A stretch of 63,668 nt of DNA, counting the filler, from Klebsormidium nitens (Eukaryota; Plantae; Klebsormidiophyceae): assembly GCA_000708835.1 (NCBI GenBank). It is 5 parts of 5 records of this genome, joined end to end, with 100 filler letters (N's around TTAATTAATTAA, not from the genome) between each part and the next. Parts side by side here need not be neighbours in the genome. Positions count along the whole stretch, not along the records: positions 1 to 23,287 come from DF237878.1; positions 23,388 to 31,769 come from DF238283.1; positions 31,870 to 39,606 come from DF238279.1; 2 more parts are not named here. One strand, given 5' to 3'. A program made the translations under genes and the position numbers. This document shows positions 20,200-32,959 of the stretch, one piece after another. Position 1 is the first letter of the stretch. Each line of letters opens with the position of its first letter. The notes below the pieces were generated by a model. It had not been told where the DNA came from. It saw only the letters and a list, made by a program, of their open reading frames with translations, and did no database searches.

Positions 20200-20470
20200 T
20201 CCTGAAATGTCGTCGGGTCGTCCGATGGGCCGGGTATTAGCTGAAATGTCGTCGGGTCGTCCGATGGGCCGGGTACTAGCTGGCAGCATGATCCGAGGTT
20301 TTCTGGTAGCGCCGGTAGCGCCGGTAGCGCCGGCAGCGCGCTCGCTTTTGCGTAGTTGTCAGCAAACCCGGCATTCATGGAATGTCGGGTCGTCCGACGC
20401 GCCGGGTATTAGCTGGCAGCATGATTTTTTGTTTCGGTAGCCCCCGTAGCGACCGTAGCGCGCTCGCTTT
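20200..20470. repeat. 39-bp tandem repeats and GTAGCGCCG mini-repeats
   Basis: CTGAAATGTCGTCGGGTCGTCCGATGGGCCGGGTATTAG twice at 20201-20280 plus a degenerate third near 20381; GTAGCGCCG x3 near 20307. Confidence 0.8.
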
Positions 20471-20760
20471 TGCGTAGTCGTCAGCATGACGCAGGTAGCG
20501 CCACAGGCGTCTCGGTTCAATTCCCGGCAAGGCCACTGTTTTGGGGATCCGTTTGTCGCGAGAGCTGTCCTGCCCAGCCAGATAGTAGTCCAGGAAAATG
20601 GATGCCCCAGGCTGTAACTCCTCAGGTGGACGCCCGGGTGGGTCTGGTTTCCCAATGAACCGCCCCCGGGGACGAGACCCGAGGAAGCCGAAAAAATAGG
20701 TAGAGGGGTTGCGACTTCCTCGAAGAGAAGGTGGCCGGGGTTCAAATCCCTGGGCGTAGT
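20465..20760 (+). other. Two degenerate tRNA-like segments (possible tRNA-derived SINE heads)
   Basis: B-box/T-arm motifs CGGTTCAATTCCCGG (about 20513-20527, followed by CAAGGCCA) and CGGGGTTCAAATCCCTG (about 20736-20752). Cloverleafs are incomplete. Confidence 0.4.
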
Positions 20761-21120
20761 TGGCATGCAGGGTGCACCTACCTGCTCTACCGGTGTGCCA
20801 AATGGTGCCCGGGAAAAAAAAGAAAAAGAAAAAAGGCCCAAACATGTTTTAATTTTTGTCACACGGCTGCAAGAGCAAGATGGTTAGGGAAACATTCAGA
20901 GGTAGCACAATCAGCGGTGGCAGAAGCCCTCACAGGGAAGCGGGACAGATCGTTACAAGGTCACATCCTCGATGGCTGTAGACATCTCATGACTTGCAAT
21001 CAGCTTAGAGCAGACTGTTTAGAGCAACGACAGCCTTTATTAAGGGACGTGTGTGAAGGTTTTGCGTCCCTACGCCTATCTCACAAAATTTCATCGGACG
21101 AGCAATCTGCTATTTTGTAG

Positions 21121-22471
21121 TCCGAAAGCCATGGATGGTTGGCAAAGTGGACACTATGTTAGGGTTGAGGCGCACGGACTTCCTGGTAACAAGTTGCTAA
21201 ATGTACCTCGGGGAATCATGAAGCGGGTTGAAGATTCCAAGAGAAAAGCAGTGTCAGAAACTGGAATCGAAGCAAAACATCTGAGAGGCCCCTTCAGTTT
21301 TGAAGTCACAGGAAGAATAAATAAGAAGGTTTGCTACTCACCACCTCCATGGATGCAGACAGAAGAGAAGCTGAGACCACAGTACATCGGAGCATCAGCT
21401 GCGGCAGATGATGTCTTTGTGCACATCCTGGGAGGCCGCCTCGTAGAGGTAAGATTCAGGTGCCTGTGTAACCTGAAGCTTATATCTCATTGTTGCAGAA
21501 TGCCATCATTTAAATATTCGGTTTCTTGGAAGCCGCTCTGCACTGTTGGCGGTTGCTGAAGTCGTGTCCAAAGGTCCCTCCAATTCGAGTGCAATCTGAA
21601 CGTCTAAAGTCATGAAGCATCATATCATGTTTCCGACATCTTGTTTCTTTTGAGCTGTATTATCATGTTCCTGTTTATTGCTGGGTACATACTCAAAGTG
21701 TTTTCCAAGTTAACTCTTTGTCCTGGTCTGGGAAGCTCTCAACAGTTAAACATTTTGATTTTGCTTCTTTTGCAGGATTTTGCTGAGAGGAGGAGGATAA
21801 AAGGGATCATAGTTGCGGCTATAAAATCGAGGAGGCTGCAGATGCTGGAGAATCTGCTCAAGAGCAAAGGCAAAGGCGCGCATAAACGGGCAGCGTTGGT
21901 TTTGAAAACAATTGTAGAGACGGACGAAGTTGATCGAAGGGCGGTCCTGGAAATGCTGGTGGAGTTGTTGGGAGGATTGAGCGAGGTTGTGCAGTGGGCG
22001 GCACTTTTTCTGCTTGAGAATGTTGCCAAGTGTGACTTCCGTACTTTACTCACAGTGCAGGGCAGCCTTGAGAGGCTGGTGGGCCTGCTGGGGAGCAATG
22101 ACGAGATTGTGCAGGAGGCGGCAGCGGGGTTGCTCTCGCACCTGAGTGAATTTTATTTGTGCGCCATAGCCATAGCCGCCNNNNNNNNNNNNNNNNNNNN
22201 ATGGGCGCTCTCTAGCCTGGCTCATGATGCAGCCAACAGTAGTGCCATAGCCGCTGTGCCGGGGTTCCTGGAGAGGATGGTGGGCCTGCTGGAGAGCAAA
22301 AATGAGAATGTGCAGGCGGAAGCAGCGGGGGCGCTCCGGATCTTGGCGCTTGACGCTTGGCGAGCAAGGACAAGTAATGTTCCTGGCAAGGAAGCAGACT
22401 ACGAAGCACTCTGCCACTCAATATTGAATGAAGTCATACCAGTTGGACAGGTCTGTACAGACATTGCGTGA
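21121..22471 (+). CDS. Armadillo-repeat protein (spliced, partial; N run inside)
   Basis: Exons 21121-21448 and 21776-22471 join in frame (VE/DFAERR). ARM repeats GSLERLVGLLGSNDEIVQEAAAGLL and GFLERMVGLLESKNENVQAEAAGAL. 5' end not resolved. Confidence 0.7.
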
Positions 22472-23399
22472 CCGAAATGTCTGAAATGCTGGAGCTTACT
22501 TGTCCTTCACGAATTCGGTACCTCGAATCAGACAATCTGTGCACGACATGCATGTTTAAGGGTGAGTTTGAACTGAACAATTTGTGCACGAACAGTAGAA
22601 CAGTTTGAATATGTTATTTGAAAAGCTGGTGACGGCATCACGTACAATCGCATCTGAGTTGCTACTCTCAGGAATGCTTCCAATAGCACCATTCGATCCG
22701 GTCGTTCTAATAATCAATTCTCATTTGTAGGCGGCGGGGCAGACCTGGTAAGTCTGGTAGCTAGATGCTGCAGCTTTGTAGCTGGTAGAACGGACTGAAC
22801 GGGGTCTGCAATGGCAGCGCAGGTTGCTTGACTTGTGTGAGAGGCCGGTAAAAGCGACACATATGTGTGCACAGGAGATCCTTGACTCAGATGATTCGTC
22901 GAAAGACTAAGGTACACAGAAGCCAATTGACAAATCGAAGGGAGGCCCACAACTTACTGACCCGAATTAAGCGGGTTTCTATGAAAACTTGTTTGCATAC
23001 CAGGCTTGCTAATATCTTAATATGGAGCAGGCAGAACAGGCGGGCCCCAGAGGAGGCTTCTGAACAAGCTTAGTTACACGTTGTAAACCGACCCTGTAAG
23101 CAAAACTTTGGGCACCACCCACGAACCCACTGACATCCTTCGAACCGTCGACTGGTCGCTCGGCTGTCGATCGGACGGCTTGCATGCAGCGCGCCGGGAA
23201 ATGCGGTTTCGTATAGCAGGTTCGTGACCATCGCACTGGCCGGCAACTAGGCCGGCGCGCAACTTCCGGGGAGCGCCGGCACCAGCANNNNNNNNNNNNN
23301 NNNNNNNNNNNNNNNNNNNNNNNNNNNNNNNTTAATTAATTAANNNNNNNNNNNNNNNNNNNNNNNNNNNNNNNNNNNNNNNNNNNNCGGGGCGCTGCG

Positions 23400-26300
23400 C
23401 GATTCCACCGGGCCAAACCGAGGCCAAATTCTGACCAATGAGGGCCTCACAAAGTGGACACGCGTTGGGCATTGAGCATGCCACTCGTGGCGAGAGCTTC
23501 ACAGGAAAAAGTCCCCTACCAGGGATTATTTACCTTATGGGGTCTCTGTGGTACGCCCCTAGCAGCTTCCCTGGCAGCTTCCCCGGCAGCGCTCCAATTT
23601 GGGGGTTCACTGGGTCGTAAATGTTGTCTGCAGCCGGCTCTGGGGGCGGACCTAGGCAGTGTCCACTAGGGCACTCGGATCATAAATCATTCCCTGTCGG
23701 CGTGGATCGTCCGACGGCAGCTCCTGAAAGCCCTGAGGTAGAACACGTGTTCTGGTGGTCCCCTGGGCTGCGCTCTTAGCAGCGTCTTCTGATGCAGCTT
23801 CCTTCTCCTTTCCCTTCGCCACGCGGTAACCTCCGGCACGGCTGTCTGGGCGGAATCTGGCTCTGCGCGCTGCTCAGCTTCGGCTGGCTCGGCATGCCCG
23901 GGTCTCGTCGGAATGGAAGCCCGAATAAAGTCCTTGGGCAGATAGCTCAGCGGCATGTCAGCGAGACGGCCGCGACGTCGTTCGTTCTTAGGGGCATGTC
24001 GCGTGAAGGCGCTGTGCAGCTCAGGCGCGGTCTCGCGTGAGGCGGCTGGCCTACTAACTGGCTGCTGCTTGCCCGTTCTGGTTGCGGCGCGCGCTGACAT
24101 CACGCAGGCGCCAGATTCTGTGACGCGTCCATAGTGGGCGTCCCAGAGCTCCTANNNNNNNNNNNNNNNNNNNNNNNNNNNNNNNNNNNNNNNNNNNNNN
24201 NNNNNNNNNNNNNNNNNNNNNNNNNNNNNNNNNNNNNNNNNNNNNNNNNNNNNNNNNNNNNNNNNNNNNNNNNNNNNNNNNNNNNNNNNNNNNNNNNNNN
24301 NNNNNNNNNNNNNNNNNNNNNNNNNNNNNNNNNNNNNNNNNNNNNNNNNNNNNNNNNNNNNNNNNNNNNNNNNNNNNNNNNNNNNNNNNNNNNNNNNNNN
24401 NNNNNNNNNNNNNNNNNNNNNNNNNNNNNNNNNNNNNNNNNNNNNNNNNNNNNNNNNNNNNNNNNNNNNNNNNNNNNNNNNNNNNNNNNNNNNNNNNNNN
24501 NNNNNNNNNNNNNNNNNNNNNNNNNNNNNNNNNNNNNNNNNNNNNNNNNNNNNNNNNNNNNNNNNNNNNNNNNNNNNNNNNNNNNNNNNNNNNNNNNNNN
24601 NNNNNNNNNNNNNNNNNNNNNNNNNNNNNNNNNNNNNNNNNNNNNNNNNNNNNNNNNNNNNNNNNNNNNNNNNNNNNNNNNNNNNNNNNNNNNNNNNNNN
24701 NNNNNNNNNNNNNNNNNNNNNNNNNNNNNNNNNNNNNNNNNNNNNNNNNNNNNNNNNNNNNNNNNNNNNNNNNNNNNNNNNNNNNNNNNNNNNNNNNNNN
24801 NNNNNNNNNNNNNNNNNNNNNNNNNNNNNNNNNNNNNNNNNNNNNNNNNNNNNNNCCGCGACGTCGTTCGTTCTTAGGGGCATGTCGCGTGAAGGCGCTG
24901 TGCAGCTCAGGCGCGGTCTCGCGTGAGGCGGCTGGCCTACTAACTGGCTGCTGCTTGCCCGTTCTGGTTGCGGCGCGCGCTGACATCACGCAGGCGCCAG
25001 ATTCTGTGACGCGTCCATAGTGGGCGTCCCAGAGCTCCTAAAGCTTCTGTAGTGTGGGTTCGCCGACTCCCAGGGCTTCTAAGCGGCCGGGGCCTGCGCG
25101 GCGCGAGCGTTCGCAAGGGGCGGCGCTGATGACGTCCCGTGCTGTAGTGCCTTGCATTCGGTCGAATTTTGTGCACTAGAGTTATGGTGTGTGCACCATT
25201 TCTCAAGCGCACCAGGAACCCAGTGGCCAACTTCTCCGCATTCGTTACACTCGTTTTCAACCTTCGCTGAGCCGCCGCGCTGTGGCGCTGCAGTTGCGTT
25301 GGCTTGAACCACTGGGGCGATATCACCCTTCTGCGTCGCGGTGGTGACCCGCAGTTCCTGGCGATGTAGCCGAACTAGCCACAATTGTGGCATTGGCGGT
25401 TGCCAACGGCCCTTTGGGGGCCAGCCGACTTTGCGGCGAAGCCGCGTCCCGCGTACTTGTGTGTGCTCGGCTAAGAGGCCGAACTCCAGAGCGCTTTCTG
25501 TGCAGCGCTTCTTCTCCAGGCGGGTTGCCACCTTGCTAATCTGTTCGACTGTTAGGTCGTCGTCGCCTGTATCCTCGGCCCATACGACCCTCCTGACCTC
25601 ACTCTGACACTCCTTCGGCTCAATCGCATCAAGCAGCTTCTGGGCGGCCATGCCCTCTGGTCTCCGTAGCGTTTTCATCCTCTGAGTGAGGCTCGACATG
25701 CTCTCATTCGTCTGCATACGGAAGCTGTTGAACTCGTTTATCCGCTCAGTGGACTTTTCTAAAAAGAGGTCTTTGATCATGGCCCAGAACTGGCCGACTG
25801 GATCGTCATATACTTCGAGGACCGCTGGTTTCTACGGCTTGATCGGCGCAGTCGCAGCTGCGCGCATCATGCTTCTCTTTGTCACGCTCATATTCGGCGA
25901 GCTCGCGCTCGAATGCGCGGAGGCGCGCCTCATTCCGTCTGTCCAAATCGTCGGCCATGCGACTCTTAAGCTCGCCGGCGCGATTGCGAACCTGGGCCGA
26001 GGTCAATTCAACAAGGAAATAGAAGTAGTCATTCTCATTCAGATTTTCTGTATTCGGTGGCAGCTTTAGCTTTGACATCATTGTTTTATAGCTCTGTCGC
26101 AAATGCGGCACACTCATCCCGTCTGGCTCGCTAGTAAAGCGGCCAGCAAAATGCTGCGCATGCATTGTTGGATTTAGGTAGTACTACTATCGTGTGAGTA
26201 CGCCCTAAGATCCTAGATGATTTCGTAGCCGTTTCATTGAGTTTGATAGAGTGGTAATTACCCCCTGGCAATTACCCCCTGGCAATTACCCCACTGGCAA

Positions 26301-26583
26301 TTACCCCCTGGCATTCACCCCCACTGGCAGTTACCCCACTGGCAGTTACCCCCACTAGTGGCAGTTACCCCCTAGGCCAGTGTGGACCGTTAGATAAGCA
26401 TCTTTGTGGAATATTGGAGGCTAGGCCGTTGATGTATGAGTTGACTCACATAGAGCTAGAGTTGGACTCGACCAAGTAGACCTAGCCACGGATTTATGAC
26501 TTGGACGATTGACTTGTATTAGTTACTCATTCCTAGTAGTTGTGCTTGACTTGAAACGCGCTCTAAGGCGCTTGCTTTCAACA
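23400..26583 (-). mobile_element. Degenerate LTR retrotransposon: candidate 5' LTR, gag remnant
   Basis: Candidate LTR 26583-26381 (TGTTG...CCACA) followed by TGG (PBS-like). Gag-like INEFNSFRMQTNESMSSLTQRMKTL and knuckle CNECGEVGHW, split over ORFs 25806-26165 and 25079-25780. No RT/integrase seen. Confidence 0.6.
26254..26375. repeat. Tandem 14-17-bp minisatellite GGCA(A/G)TTACCCC(A)CT
   Basis: About 8 copies between the candidate LTR and gag start. Confidence 0.9.
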
Positions 26584-29500
26584 TGCCGACATTGTGAAGA
26601 GGCTTGGTAAATTACGGGTCAAGAGGTTTTACCGGCTAACATGATGCGCGTTATGTATATTGCCAGGTGATGCACTCTTTTTGGTTTTCAATGTACTCCG
26701 GAACCGATCGGGTCTGGTTGCAACGAGGACTAGGCCTCGATGTGTTACGGTGTTGGCGTTATGCAAGAGACTACGCTCTAATATTTTATACAATCCGTAG
26801 CCGCCGATCGGAGCTGTGGGGAGGCAAATATCGATCGTAGGATGGCAAGTTATTTGGTGAGTTATGCACGCAATATCGACCGTCCGATTGTTAGTTGAGT
26901 CAACTGATTCAGGAGCCCCGACCACTGATATGTAGTAGCCCCGACCTAGTATTACGGTACTACCGACCATCTCGGTGTATAGTACTACCGACCACGAGGA
27001 AGAGCTGACATGATCAGAACAAAGCATGGGAGCTTTCGCCAAATGAACGAGACAGAGGCCAAGTTCGTCATAGCCGATGCCTTTAGAAGCGCATGGATTC
27101 GTTATAGAACCCCTTGAAACGGTTGAGGACCTAGAGCGAGCGAGGCCTCAAATGCACAAATTGGGTGCTAAACCTGTTTCAGTGACAAACCTAATATGCC
27201 TCATCAAGAACGAGGCCGAAGGACTTGCTTATTAATAGCCGTTTGTTTGTCTGCCCGCTCCCTCTCCGACTACAAACATGTCCATCAATGGCTGGTCTTT
27301 TTGTGAAAAGGCCTGACAAGAGATGCATCCATGTTCTTACCAATCCAGAGATGCAACGTACAGGGTCATGTGACCCGACCAAAGCAACCCATGCTCATCT
27401 TACGACCAAGTCGCAGGTACGTGCTTCTTATGGAGGCCTGCCAAAGCTTACGAGGTGCTCAAAACCTTACCTCTTGCCGATCCAATGTACATACGTGTCC
27501 ATTCTCGCGCCCGGCTCGAAAGTGAAGAGCGGGATGGTGGGAATCTGGGGGAACTTGACCCCCACTTCCAGTGGACGGCCGCCAGATGGCGCCGTTGCTT
27601 CGTCAAATAGCGCTCGTCCTCAAATGTCCACAGCAGCGCCTGATAGCAGAAGGAGTCTTCTTATTGGGCCACTGCACAAAGGCCATGTTTGAGAAGACGC
27701 TTGTGTATGTTGTTAGGAAGAGATGGATTGATGGTGTGTTGTCAATGTTGGCTGCCCCACAGCGAAGAAAAAAATAATGAAAAGAGCTTATAATTCATTA
27801 GGCCCGAATGTCTGACGGGGATACTGTGACCAAAGCGTTCCATGACGCCAGTACTGGCTTCCAGCACAAGCTTGAATTGGCCTCTTCACTAAATTTCTAA
27901 TAGATGCAGTGCATCCAATCTCTTTGACAACGAATGCTACTGATAGCTTGTCACTGTTGCAGCGCAGCGCAAATGACCCTTCTAGTGCTCGTTTTTGTCC
28001 CTACTTTCTTCCATGGGATGCCGCGCTCAACCAAGAAAGCACGCTTAAGCCTTTGCTACTCGTGAGTGCTTACCGGCGTACCATTTTTCCTTCATGTGGT
28101 CCACACCACTTTAGCAGGGTGGTGCTTCCCGGGATGTCTCCACCCGACCAGAGGATTTCGCCCTTGTGGACCTACAGCAGGTGCTCTGTCTCGATGCGCT
28201 TCCGCTAGAGCACAAATTTCTCGTCCCGCATGCATGCCAGTGAGGCCCGTGCGGATGGGCTCCTCGAGCGGCTGTCCTCTCCAAGCCTCTCCTCGAACTC
28301 CCGACGTGCAGCTTCCAGGGCCTTGTTGCACGCATGACGGAAAGAGGGGGTGGCATCAGGAGTCCTTATAAAAAGCAGTCTAGTAGTGAACGAAGTTGGT
28401 GGTGCTCCATTCAGCACGTTACAGCGATGACTTTTCAAAGTGATCAAGACGAGAAAAGGCCATCTGTGACCTTCATTGGAATTCGGTGATTATAGTCAGC
28501 CGAAATACGTCAGATGTCAGGGTTCGGCCCGAGTTAGTGTTTTCAGCGCGAGCGCCGGCGTGCGTGTACGGTGGTTAGGGGGTTAAGCCGTTTGGCGGTT
28601 TGAAGATTAAGCGGTTGGAAAAGCTGTCGGTGTCAGCCGTAGATGAGTAAATCGAAGGCTAAGATTGAGTACGACTGTGAGCTACGCTAGCAAGACTGAT
28701 TGTGTGTCACTTGGGATAGTAAGCCGAGTAGCCTAATGAGCCTAGTGGAACGGGAGAGACCCGTGGAACATATGGAGGTGAAAACTAATAATGTGATACA
28801 TTATCCTAAGACAAGTTTGTGGGAAGAAGGAAGCCGCTTGTGAGGCGCTTCGTGTGTTCCTCTCCAAATGCTTGGCTGCCATCAATATGTGATGAGCATG
28901 CATGGGTGCCGGGCAACACAATACGCTTCAACAATTACACTACGAGTCCCTTACCATGAGTTTTAACAACCTTGTTGATCGTTGCTGCAACGCCCTGAAA
29001 ACTAACTGGGAATTGGCATCAAGGAAAAGACGGCAGCCGATTCCACAGTGCGTGTAAAAGCTTTTGTGCGCAGACGGCATGATAATCAGGTATGACTGAC
29101 ACCGTTAAGAGGTTAGGAGGACTAGTGCTTCGTCCGGCCAAAGCAGATTCCGAGGATGTTAGAGGGACTGCAGTACACCAAATGCGGCGTGATTGATGTA
29201 ATACTCCCCTTTCCCCACCGCCAAACAGAGCCCTCGAGCACCGGGCACATAGACCAAGCACCGAAAGCTTGAAAGCAGACATAAAGCAACCCACAGTACA
29301 GGCCCATCTTCCAATCCACTACATTTTGCTCTTTGGAGCACGGCCCACGCCCTACTGCCGCACGCCTGAGGATGCTTTCGAAAGACGCAGTTCGATGGGT
29401 AACTTGATGCAGCTGGCGGAGGGCTATTGCTGCTGGTGGAGGTTGGTTGAGTGGCAGTCGGCGGCGAGGAATGTTGGATTGGGGGGAGGCCGTGAGGGAC

Positions 29501-30806
29501 ACGCGCTCGTACAACGCAGGCTTCCTTTGCAGGTTGATCACCAAGCCAAACGAGATAATGGACCAATTTCAGTAACGTGTATAAGAAGGCACTGATATCG
29601 CACGGCGGAGGAACTTCAAGTCTGCAACCCTCTGGATCAAAGTACAGCCACATAAAAAAAGGCAGCGAGTGCAGCCAAAGTGCTCGGGAAAGTACTCACT
29701 GTAGAGAGGGGGCCGCTTCTTACGCCAGCAGCATTGCTTTGCACAGGAAATGGCTTGCAGATATATGCGTAGAGTATTAGATAGACAAAACAACTGATGG
29801 CAAGTCGTATCACACAGAAAGGGTTCGCCACACACTGGAAGTATCCATGCGGCTTCCATGCGGTGTGTATAAAGAATACGTAATGCATGGATACGGTGCC
29901 TTGCCAGCTGAAGCAAGATTCAGGATGAAGTGTAGCCATACCAATGTCCGCAAACTTCGGGATGGGCAGTCAAGCGTTCCCAACAAAGACACTCCATCAA
30001 CAAATCTTGCCAACTCAGAACCCTTTACCCTTTGCTTCTACTAGCAATCATATAAAGCATGAACCAACTTTCAAGTATCTCAAAGAAAGGGTTTTTAGAT
30101 CTTGACGCAATCTGCAAAGGAATCAAGAGAGTTCCTGCCAGAAATGGTGGCCTTTTCACGCAGTTCGTCACGTGGCGGCAAGAACACGGTTGCTCTATGA
30201 TGCAATATTACCAACCCTCTTCTTTTGTAGCTGGGCCCGACCCAATTTCGATTCAACTCTCATGGTCCTCTCAGCAAAAGGGGTCCTCGTCAAAGTCAAC
30301 GTTGGTCTAAAGCTTTTGTTAGCCACTTTGTTCAAATAGGGAATGAACGACATTCTTACTGGTGGGAAATGACATCCACACTCTAATGTCCACCCTGCAA
30401 TGCGTCGCCCTCCGCCCCACAAACCTCCAATCCCATAGCCCGCCGAGCGTTGATTCTGAGATGCTTGCACCAAGCAGGCTCCCCGTTTCCAACCCTGCAC
30501 CGCTGCCGTTTGAAGACGATACATCTATCCTGCCCAATTCTGCTGTTGCCTGACCTTCCGGCTCAAAGCTCGCGTCCTCTAGCTGGATGTTCTCTGCATT
30601 TCTCAAGCCTGTCGCCATGCTGTCCGGGAACTTGTCCGCTGCTAGCATGTTGCGGTGATATTTAAAAATGGCGTTAGAGCTTAGGGTTGCTTTTCAATTG
30701 CATTGACACTGACGGCTGTACTCACCGAGGCTGCGACTGCATCCCACGTTTGTCATCGTTACTGCAAGCGGCTATGTTAAGGGGCTCCACGGCGAAAGTC
30801 CTTTAA

Positions 30807-31769
30807 CACTAGGACCGTGACAGTTTGGTCCTCAATTGAGGACCTAATGTCTAACTCAATGTAGGCTCCATTTCTTACATTTTCAATTCTCGATTCTCAT
30901 AGTAGCTTGCATATGGTGTTTACAACATACCTCAACACCTAAATCAAGGCTTTTTGAGGTGAGGCAAGCACCGAAGATGAAATCCAAGTCAGACAGCAGT
31001 TTCTGGATTTGAGTGGAGACGAAAATGGTCCTCAATTGAGGACCTTTCCATTTTTCGTCTCAAATTTCGGCAAAATGACCATTTTTTCATTGGGGGCGTT
31101 TTGTGTGGTCTGCAAACGATATATGCGCGACATATAAGCACTTATATCAAGGGAAAGTCGAAAACGGTTAGTATTGAAACCCAAATATGGTTCCGAAACT
31201 GGGGCAAAACTGCGTCTGCACTGAGGAAAGCCCCAACTTCATCAAAGGAGGTTGCGGCCGAATTTCTGGCCGCATAGAGTATCGGCGCATTCGTCAGGTC
31301 GAGGGGTACCTTTGGTACCAAAATGGGGGTCTGGTTTGAGGTTTTGTTCGAATTCCGTGCTACGGAAAACTCATGGTCTATAACCTAGTCACAAATAGAT
31401 ACCGATTTGTGTGTTTCGTACATACCGAAAATGCAATATTTCATAAAAGTGCTCGGATCCGGTCCGTACCCCAACCCGAAGTACTCCGAGTACTAAAAAT
31501 TCGCGAATCCGGTCCCGAAAATTCCGGAATCGGGCCGAAATTTGAGTTTCCGACCTGTAACCAGTACTGTTTACTAACCCGCTTAGTAACCCAAGTTGTC
31601 GCGACTTACTCCAAACCCGAATACCTCGGAGCTCATAAGTGGCTACTCAACGACCCTCTATGCCAAATTTATTCAAATAGTCCAACGACCGTCGGGAAAA
31701 GTCGCCCATTTTGCCAGGTCCTCGATTGAGGACCAGGTCCTTAATCAAGGACCAGTCACGGTCCTAGTG
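30807..31769. mobile_element. Non-autonomous CACTA-type TIR element (~960 bp)
   Basis: 15-bp perfect TIR CACTAGGACCGTGAC (30807) / GTCACGGTCCTAGTG (ends 31769). Sub-terminal palindrome GGTCCTCAATTGAGGACC near 30828 and 31028, with variants at 31717-31752. Right TSD is hidden by Ns. Confidence 0.8.
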
Positions 31770-32734
31770 NNNNNNNNNNNNNNNNNNNNNNNNNNNNNNN
31801 NNNNNNNNNNNNNTTAATTAATTAANNNNNNNNNNNNNNNNNNNNNNNNNNNNNNNNNNNNNNNNNNNNCTAATCTACCAACCAAACGCTATCCCGCAGA
31901 ACCGGGACTAGCACCAATTCTACGACTCTAACTACTGGTGGTCTTCATCGTCGCCGTCGACGCCTGAACGCCACCCAAATATCTTCTCGGTCGCCGGCCG
32001 CCGCGCGAAACTCCTTCCGCGCGCGCGCGGGCTCGCGTACAGCAGGGGATGACGAAGTGGCACTGTCCGCGAGGGGGTGACTCTTGGGCAGCACACATTC
32101 CAGAAATATTTAACCCTTCCGGAAATCCGGATTTGTGACTTTCCGAATGCAGATAAATATTTACTTATTCGGAATCATTACCTTGGACTGCGGTAGCGCA
32201 GTACGTGGGAATTGTGACTGTACACAGTACAATGGACATGTGAATCAGGTTTAGGTAACTGTCGCCTGTCACTGTACCTGTACAGTATATTTTGACGTAA
32301 ATTTGAAATGTTAACCGTGTAGAACGTGGCTAGCAGTGCTAGACCATACGTTTTGAACTTGTTAGCTGAGACCTGAGTACCCGGGAGAACTGCCTATACC
32401 CGGGAGAACTGCCTCCAGTAGGCTGGCCAGTCCCGGGAACCAGGGCAACTTCGGCTGAAAATGTTGGCCTGAAAGGTGTCGGGACTCGGAGGGTCCGGCA
32501 GGACCGTGTTATCGACGGCCTGGATTGTCCGGAGATTGCGGGCCTGGATCCAGGCCGGCCTGGATTGATACTATCCCTTTTCTTTGTCACCAACTCAAAG
32601 GCATGTTGTACGTCATCACGGTCACAGTAGATGCGGTTGCTTAGACCATTAGACTGTTGCTTGTGACTGCCGGCAGCTTTTTAAAACCGTAAAAGAGCAA
32701 AAAAAAATCAATCTTGCAAAAGACTTTTGCCATC

Positions 32735-32811
32735 TTCACCTGCCGGATTCGAACCAGTGTCCTATTGCCTTCAGGCCTGCCACCTTAACCACCTGAGCTA
32801 CCTCATGTGTA
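32735..32811 (-). pseudogene. tRNA-like pseudogene / Pol III unit
   Basis: A-box TAGCTCAGGTGG and B-box GGTTCGAATCC, imperfect acceptor pairing, CTGAAG in the loop position, and a T-run about 30 nt downstream. Stems are mismatched. Confidence 0.45.
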
Positions 32812-32959
32812 TGCACTTTCAGCGCCAGCTTAAAATATCTATAAAATTAAAGCAGATACCAGCATGAAGAATTCCACCGTCGCATAGGACTAGACGCATT
32901 CGTTTGATTCGTTAGCCTAAGTTTGTCTTCAGAAGCTCTTTGAAACCAAATCGAAGTAT

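Noticed and set aside
23288-23387. TTAATTAATTAA palindrome flanked by Ns (also near 31814, 39651, 46441)
   Set aside because: Identical context each time and stops in all six frames; it is an assembly gap linker, not biology.
24054-24989. Long ORFs spanning N runs (also 17411-17984, 41793-42455, 44656-45794)
   Set aside because: Their length comes from X codons in gaps.
23968-25040. ~185-bp direct repeat on either side of the long N gap
   Set aside because: Near-identical sequence at both gap edges is most simply an unmerged contig overlap.
28515-28813. Possible solo LTR (TGTC...GACA)
   Set aside because: No target-site duplication and no second copy seen.
27800-30650. Stop-riddled protein-like fragments, possibly a decayed transposase
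   Set aside because: No catalytic motif could be assembled with confidence.
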